Assembly: GCA_963764625.1 (NCBI GenBank)
Contig: CAVXTH010000009.1
Span: 928,001-992,000 of the forward strand
From: Candidatus Krumholzibacteriota bacterium
Lineage (GTDB): Bacteria > Krumholzibacteriota > Krumholzibacteriia > JAJRXK01
Direction of reading: 5' to 3'
Length of the DNA: 64,000 bases
The notes below the pieces were generated by a model. It was given only the letters and a program-made list of their open reading frames with translations. It had not been told where the DNA came from and ran no database searches. This document shows positions 58,985-64,000 of this stretch, one piece after another. The stretch's first letter is position 1; every line of letters starts with the position of its first letter. A program made the position numbers and the translations under genes.

Positions 58985-60035
58985 GTCCTTCTTGCCCAAA
59001 CTTCCCGGGGAACCGATGCTGGGCCTCGTGGGAACCCTGCCGCGTCAGATCCGCGAAACCGAGTCGCTCTTCGGCGAGGCGCAGATTCCGCGAATTGTCT
59101 CTCGCCAGCGCATTCTCTTCTGTGGCATGGGAGGAAGCGCCGCGGCGGGGATGTTGGCGCAGGGACTGCTGCTCGAATCGCCGGTGCTCTTCGTTCTCAA
59201 TCGTGGATACCGCATGCCCGCCTGGGTGGACGAGAATACTCTTCTCATCTTTTCGTCGTACTCGGGGAATACCGAAGAGGTGCTTTCCTGCTGGACTCAG
59301 GCCGAGGAGAGCTTTCCCACACTGCAGAAACTCGTCATCACCTCCGGTGGCACTCTGGCCGAACACGCCCAAGACGCGGGCGTCCCGCGACTCATCATTC
59401 CACCGGGTTTGCCACCGCGGGCCAGTCTGGGTTATGGCGTCGGAGTTCTCTTCCGCTTGCTCGGTCACCTCGGGCTCATGGAGCAAGTGGAGGAAGGCCT
59501 CAGCGAAGCAGTTGAAATCCTGGAGCAAGGCGTCAAGAACATGGGGGTCGAAGCGAACGAAACCAACAATCCGGCGCGCCGTCTGGCCCGAAGGCTCTAC
59601 GGCAAGTTTCCCCTGATCTATTCGGCTGAAGGGATGGCAGCGGCAGTGGCGCGCAGATGGTGTGCGCAAATCAACGAGAACGGGAAGGCCCTGGCCCACT
59701 GTTCGGTTCTCCCCGAATTGAACCACAACGAAATCGTCGGCTGGGAACTGCCGACCCGGGTGCGTGCCGAGAGCTTCGTGATCGCCTTGCGCGATCGGGC
59801 CGATCACCCCCGCGTGCAGCGCCGTTTCGGGTTGACGAAGTCCGTCCTGGGTGCGCGCGTTCCCGGCTGGGAGAACATCGAGAGCCAGGGAGACTCGCCC
59901 ATCGCGCGCGCGATGAGTCTGGTGCTCTTCGGCGATTATCTCTCGGTCTATCTGGCGCAGGCGGGGGGAATCGAGGCCACTCCGGTGTCCGCGATCGACC
60001 TGCTCAAACAGAAACTCTCCGAGCCTCAGTCCTGA
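58981..60035 (+). CDS. Bifunctional phosphoglucose/phosphomannose isomerase (SIS family); probable frameshift near the start, or start at 59016
   Basis: CGMGGSA, SSYSGNTEE, TSGG, PPRAS, QINENGK, PELNHNEIVGW; ATG 58981 overlaps the ptsI stop but is out of frame. Confidence 0.88.
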
Positions 60036-60066
60036 GGCTCGAGAAACCGCTTGGAGGACCTGCTCG

Positions 60067-61044
60067 ATGAAAGCCCTGATTCCCGCCGCCGGAGCCGGAA
60101 AACGATTACGTCCCCACACCATCACCGTGCCCAAGGCGCTGCTTCTCGTCGCCGGTCGGCCCATCTTGGGACACATTCTCGAGGACTTGTCCAGCGCGGG
60201 GATCGAGGAGTTCGTAATCGTGGTCGGATACCGCGGCGACGCGATCCGCGAGTACGTGCAACGCGAGTATCCTCAGCTGAACGTCGCGTACGTGGAGCAG
60301 AAGCAACGACTGGGACTGGGTCACGCGGTGGGCATGTGCAAGGACGTCATTCAGAAGGGGCCGCTTCTGACCATCCTGGGTGACACCGTGGTTCGCGCCG
60401 ACCTTCCCTCGATCATTCGCAGTCCCGAGAACATCATCGCCACCTGCGCCGTCGACGACCCCCGGCGTTTTGGCATCGTCGAGCTGGACAAGGCCAGGGT
60501 GACCCGGTTCGTGGAAAAACCGGAGAACCCCACCAGCAACCAGGCGATCGTCGGACTCTACACCTTCCAGAAGAGCGAACTCCTCTTCGACGCATTGGAT
60601 CAGATCGTCCGCGACGAGATCCGCACCAAGAACGAGTATCAGCTGACCGACGCGCTCCAGTTGCTTCTCCAGAAGGGAGAGCAGTTCTTCTCGCGCGAGA
60701 TCGACGGTTGGTACGACTGTGGCAAACCCGAGACCCTGCTCGAAACCAATCGCGTGCTCTTGGGCGATGAGGGGAGGATCTACGCCGAGGGATCGATCGT
60801 GATCAAGGAGCCGGTGGCCATTCATCCCACCGCTCGCCTTACCGGCTGCGTACTCGGACCCCACGTCACGGTGGGCCGTGACGTGGTCATCAACAGCAGC
60901 ATCGTATCCAACAGCATCATCAACGAAGGCGCTTCCATCGAGGGCGTAATCCTGGAGGGCAGTTTGGTGGGCTCGCAGGCCCGAGTGGGAGGACACGGCT
61001 CGCATTTGAACGTGGGCGACTTCTCGCAGGTGGAATTGCGTTGA
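60067..61044 (+). CDS. Sugar-phosphate nucleotidyltransferase (glucose-1-phosphate thymidylyltransferase long-form-like)
   Basis: PAAGAGKRLRPHT-PK, GLGHAV, FVEKP, EYQLTDAL, WYDCG, C-terminal beta-helix-like tail. Confidence 0.9.
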   Translation: MKALIPAAGAGKRLRPHTITVPKALLLVAGRPILGHILEDLSSAGIEEFVIVVGYRGDAIREYVQREYPQLNVAYVEQKQRLGLGHAVGMCKDVIQKGPLLTILGDTVVRADLPSIIRSPENIIATCAVDDPRRFGIVELDKARVTRFVEKPENPTSNQAIVGLYTFQKSELLFDALDQIVRDEIRTKNEYQLTDALQLLLQKGEQFFSREIDGWYDCGKPETLLETNRVLLGDEGRIYAEGSIVIKEPVAIHPTARLTGCVLGPHVTVGRDVVINSSIVSNSIINEGASIEGVILEGSLVGSQARVGGHGSHLNVGDFSQVELR

Positions 61045-61164
61045 GAGTCGCCTTGGGTTAGCATGACTCGCTAAGGTCTCCGGAATCCAAGCGCAAGTGT
61101 CCGGAGCTCTCGGAAAATTCGCACGAAGCTCGATCTCCCCGGCAGAAACAAGGAGGGCCAGAAG

Positions 61165-62325
61165 ATGGCCGAGAAGCATCTATTCACCTCAGAGTCCGTC
61201 ACCGAGGGTCATCCAGACAAGGTCGCCGACCAAGTCTCGGACAGCGTAGTGGATGCGATTCTCGAGCAGGATCCCAATGGCCGGGTCGCCTGTGAAACCT
61301 TGGTGACGACAGGCCTCTGCCTGGTCGCGGGAGAGATCAGCACCGAGGTCTACGTGGATATTCCCGGGATCACCCGCGCCACGATTCGTTCGATCGGCTA
61401 TACCGATGCGGCCTATGGCTTCGATGCGCAGACCTGCTCGGTTCTCACCAGCATCGACGCGCAATCGCCCGACATCAAGCAGGGAGTCGATCGCGAGAAG
61501 CCGGAGGCTCAAGGTGCAGGCGACCAGGGACTCATGTTTGGCTACGCCAGTAACGAGACCGAGGAGCTCATGCCGGCCCCGATCGCTCTGGCCCACAAGA
61601 TGGCTCGCCGTCTGGCCGAGGTTCGTAAGTCGGGCATGTTCGGTTACTTGCGCCCCGACGGGAAGACCCAGGTGACGGTCGAATACGAGGATCATCGCCC
61701 GGTGCGCGTCTCTGCCGTCGTCATCTCCACTCAACACGGCGAAGCCGCCACTCTGGAGCGCATCCGCGAGGACATGATCAAGGCGGTGGCCAAGCCCACC
61801 CTCGAGGCCTCGGGATTGGACTTCGGCGCGACGAAGTTCTTCGTGAATCCGACCGGACGCTTCGTGCTCGGTGGTCCTCAGGCAGATTGCGGACTCACCG
61901 GCCGCAAGATCATCGTGGATACTTACGGGGGCATGGGACGCCACGGCGGGGGCGCGTTCAGCGGGAAGGACCCCTCCAAGGTGGATCGATCCGCTTCCTA
62001 CTGCGCCCGGCACATCGCCAAGAACCTGGTGGCGGCGGGAGCAGCCGAGAGGCTCGAGGTTCAGCTCGCCTATGCCATCGGCGTGGCCGAACCGGTTTCC
62101 GTGCGGGTCGAGAGCTTCGGCACCGCGAAAGTTCCCGACGAGCGCATGACCTCCATCGTACGCGAGCTCTGGAATCTGACCCCCAACGGGATCATCACCG
62201 GCCTGAACCTGCGGCGCGGCGGACTCTACCGCCGGACCGCGGCCTACGGGCACTTCGGTCGCGACGAAGAGGGCTTCAGCTGGGAAAAGCTGGACCGGGT
62301 GAGCGCAATCCGCAATCTGCTCTGA
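61165..62325 (+). CDS. metK: S-adenosylmethionine synthase
   Basis: [43 protein letters not shown]. Confidence 0.98.
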   Translation: MAEKHLFTSESVTEGHPDKVADQVSDSVVDAILEQDPNGRVACETLVTTGLCLVAGEISTEVYVDIPGITRATIRSIGYTDAAYGFDAQTCSVLTSIDAQSPDIKQGVDREKPEAQGAGDQGLMFGYASNETEELMPAPIALAHKMARRLAEVRKSGMFGYLRPDGKTQVTVEYEDHRPVRVSAVVISTQHGEAATLERIREDMIKAVAKPTLEASGLDFGATKFFVNPTGRFVLGGPQADCGLTGRKIIVDTYGGMGRHGGGAFSGKDPSKVDRSASYCARHIAKNLVAAGAAERLEVQLAYAIGVAEPVSVRVESFGTAKVPDERMTSIVRELWNLTPNGIITGLNLRRGGLYRRTAAYGHFGRDEEGFSWEKLDRVSAIRNLL

Positions 62326-62328
62326 GGT

Positions 62329-63405
62329 TCAGCGGTTTGCCCGAAAGAAGAGGGTGAATCCCAGGATTCCGTACAAGATGTTGGGTCCCCAGGCCGAGAT
62401 CCACACCGGTAGCGCTCCGGTCTTTCCCAGGGAGAGCCCGAAGTCCATGAGGATCCAATAGGCGAATCCCAGCGCCACCGTCAGGCCGAAGCCCGCCCAC
62501 AGCGTGGTCTTGCGCCGTGCCGCCCCCAGCGAGAGACCGAGCACCACCATCAAGAGATTCACCATGGGGAAGGCCAGCTTGTTGGCCATGGTGGCCCGGT
62601 AGGGGGTGGGATTGCCCCCGTTGCGACCCACCCATTCCGCGAAGCGTCCCAACTGGAAGTAGTTCATGTCGGCGGGATCGATTTCGCGGCGACTGAAATC
62701 CTCCGGTTTCTCCATGGATTCCTCGATGCGATACTCCTTGAACGGTTGAACCGTCTCTTTGCCGTCCCGGAATTCACGCACCGCGCCGTTCTCCGCCACC
62801 CATTTCTGCCCGTCCCAGCGCGCGTGCTGCGCGTCGATGCGACGAACCATCACGCTGTCCGCGAAGACCTCCATTGAGAAGCCAGTGAGAGTGGGAGGGC
62901 TCGGCCGGAAGGAGGAAATGACGTAGACCTCGCCCTTCTGTCCGATGTAGGTGAAATTCCGCTTGGACATGAGGTCTTGGCGGATCTTGCCCTCGATCTC
63001 GTATTTGAGGATTTCTCGCTGCCGGCGGTTCGATTCTGGCACCACGTATTCGCGGAAGACCAGCGCGCCCATCGAGATCAAGACTCCCAGAATGAGGATG
63101 GACCGTGAGATTCGGGTCAGACTCACTCCGGCCGAAAGGAGGGAGGAGTATTCGTTGTTTTTGGAGAGGACCCCGATCGTGAAGAGACTCGCCAGGAGCA
63201 TTCCCACCGGCAGGCACAGATCGATGACCAGCGGCAACTGGTACATGTAGTAGCGAAGGATGACGATTAGACGCGCGTTGTCATCGAGGAAGTTGTCGAG
63301 ATGGTCGAAAAGATCGATCAACAGAAAGATGGCGACGAACGCAAGGATCGACCAGAAGAGCACCCGGAGGAACGCGACGAGAACGTAACGGTCGATGAGT
63401 TTCAT
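62329..63405 (-). CDS. lptG: LPS export permease LptG (LptF/LptG family)
   Basis: MKLIDRY, LSKNNEY-AGVS, EYVVP, KLAFP, AWGPNIL; follows an lptF-like gene. Confidence 0.85.
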   Translation of the reverse strand: MKLIDRYVLVAFLRVLFWSILAFVAIFLLIDLFDHLDNFLDDNARLIVILRYYMYQLPLVIDLCLPVGMLLASLFTIGVLSKNNEYSSLLSAGVSLTRISRSILILGVLISMGALVFREYVVPESNRRQREILKYEIEGKIRQDLMSKRNFTYIGQKGEVYVISSFRPSPPTLTGFSMEVFADSVMVRRIDAQHARWDGQKWVAENGAVREFRDGKETVQPFKEYRIEESMEKPEDFSRREIDPADMNYFQLGRFAEWVGRNGGNPTPYRATMANKLAFPMVNLLMVVLGLSLGAARRKTTLWAGFGLTVALGFAYWILMDFGLSLGKTGALPVWISAWGPNILYGILGFTLFFRANR

Positions 63406-64000
63406 GCTGTTCGCTTCCACAGTCGCTTGATCCGGGTCGGCAGGCGGAGCTCGACGATCTTCGTCTCCTGCACCGACTGATACAGAATGAGGATTCCCAA
63501 AGGACCGAGAACCAAGTTCGCCGCCCACATGGCCACCCAGGGCGAAAGGAACCCCCGGTCGGCCAGCTTCTCGCCTCCAGAGAGGAAGAGATAGTAGATG
63601 ATGTAGGCCGCGAGGCTCAGGCCGATCGAGACTCCGCGTCCTCCCCGCGAAGTCGTGACCGCCAGGGGGACACCGAGGAGAACGAATACCAGACAGGCGC
63701 CGGGAATGGCGAACTTCTTGTGATACTCCACCGCATAGCGCCCCGATCGATTGAGATGCGATCGGGAAACCTGCGACTTGACGGCCAGCGCGCGCGCCTT
63801 GCGGTCAAAATCATTGGCGAGCCGGCGGCGTTCGTCGAGCTGTGAGCCGTCCGCCCCGGGTTTCTCGACGCGTGCGTTCTGGGCGAGCCCCAGGATCGGC
63901 TCGAGCGCCTGGGCCACCAGTTCGTGCGATTCCTCGAGGGACTTCTGGTAGAGTTTGTACTCCGATCTCTGTTCGGTTTTGAGCTCTCCCAAATCCATCG
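63402..64000 (-). CDS. lptF: LPS export permease LptF, C-terminal part (truncated by the window edge)
   Basis: VEYHKKFAIPGACLVFVLLGVPL, GEKLADRG, AMWAAN. Confidence 0.85.
   Translation of the reverse strand, partial: MDLGELKTEQRSEYKLYQKSLEESHELVAQALEPILGLAQNARVEKPGADGSQLDERRRLANDFDRKARALAVKSQVSRSHLNRSGRYAVEYHKKFAIPGACLVFVLLGVPLAVTTSRGGRGVSIGLSLAAYIIYYLFLSGGEKLADRGFLSPWVAMWAANLVLGPLGILILYQSVQETKIVELRLPTRIKRLWKRTA

Noticed and set aside
61045-61164. SAM riboswitch upstream of metK
   Set aside because: Only short hairpins (GAGTC/GACTC, CTCCGGA/TCCGGAG); no SAM-I or SAM-II consensus recognised

Overview
High-GC (visibly GC-rich) Gram-negative bacterial chromosome segment, almost all on the + strand. 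FlgD-Ig/T9SS-like C-terminal domains, a PorV-like barrel, LPS/Kdo genes and an rpoN-hpf-hprK-mannose-type PTS cluster suggest an FCB-superphylum candidate lineage such as Krumholzibacteriota, Latescibacterota or Eisenbacteria (inference). 1-14 kb: a putative sigma-54-driven operon encoding a ~2,975-aa Ig-repeat surface protein, a coupled PorV-like barrel fused to TPRs, a kinase-sensor-phosphatase-HTH fusion and a STAS protein, closed by a terminator. 14-22 kb: envelope genes (VWA, lamin-tail/CTD, barrel, ComEA-HhH) and an unknown protein. 22-64 kb: mostly housekeeping (purD/E/M/N, glyA, nrdR, tatC, argS, lnt, folE, trxB, rplU/rpmA, kdsABCD, pyrG, lptBCFG, rpoN, PTS, metK). Most interesting: (i) an unannotated 11-aa ORF with a strong Shine-Dalgarno site between an unknown gene and a membrane HD-GYP phosphodiesterase; (ii) the adhesin/PorV-TPR/partner-switch operon; (iii) a ~177-nt structured intergenic element with two mutually exclusive folds upstream of a pterin cluster; (iv) several sigma-54 sites, one adjoining the sigma-70 -35 of the rpoN operon. 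About ten genes carry single-base frameshifts, mostly in short homopolymers, most likely long-read errors. No rRNA, tRNA, CRISPR array or intact mobile element was seen. All calls are from motif recognition by eye, without database searches.
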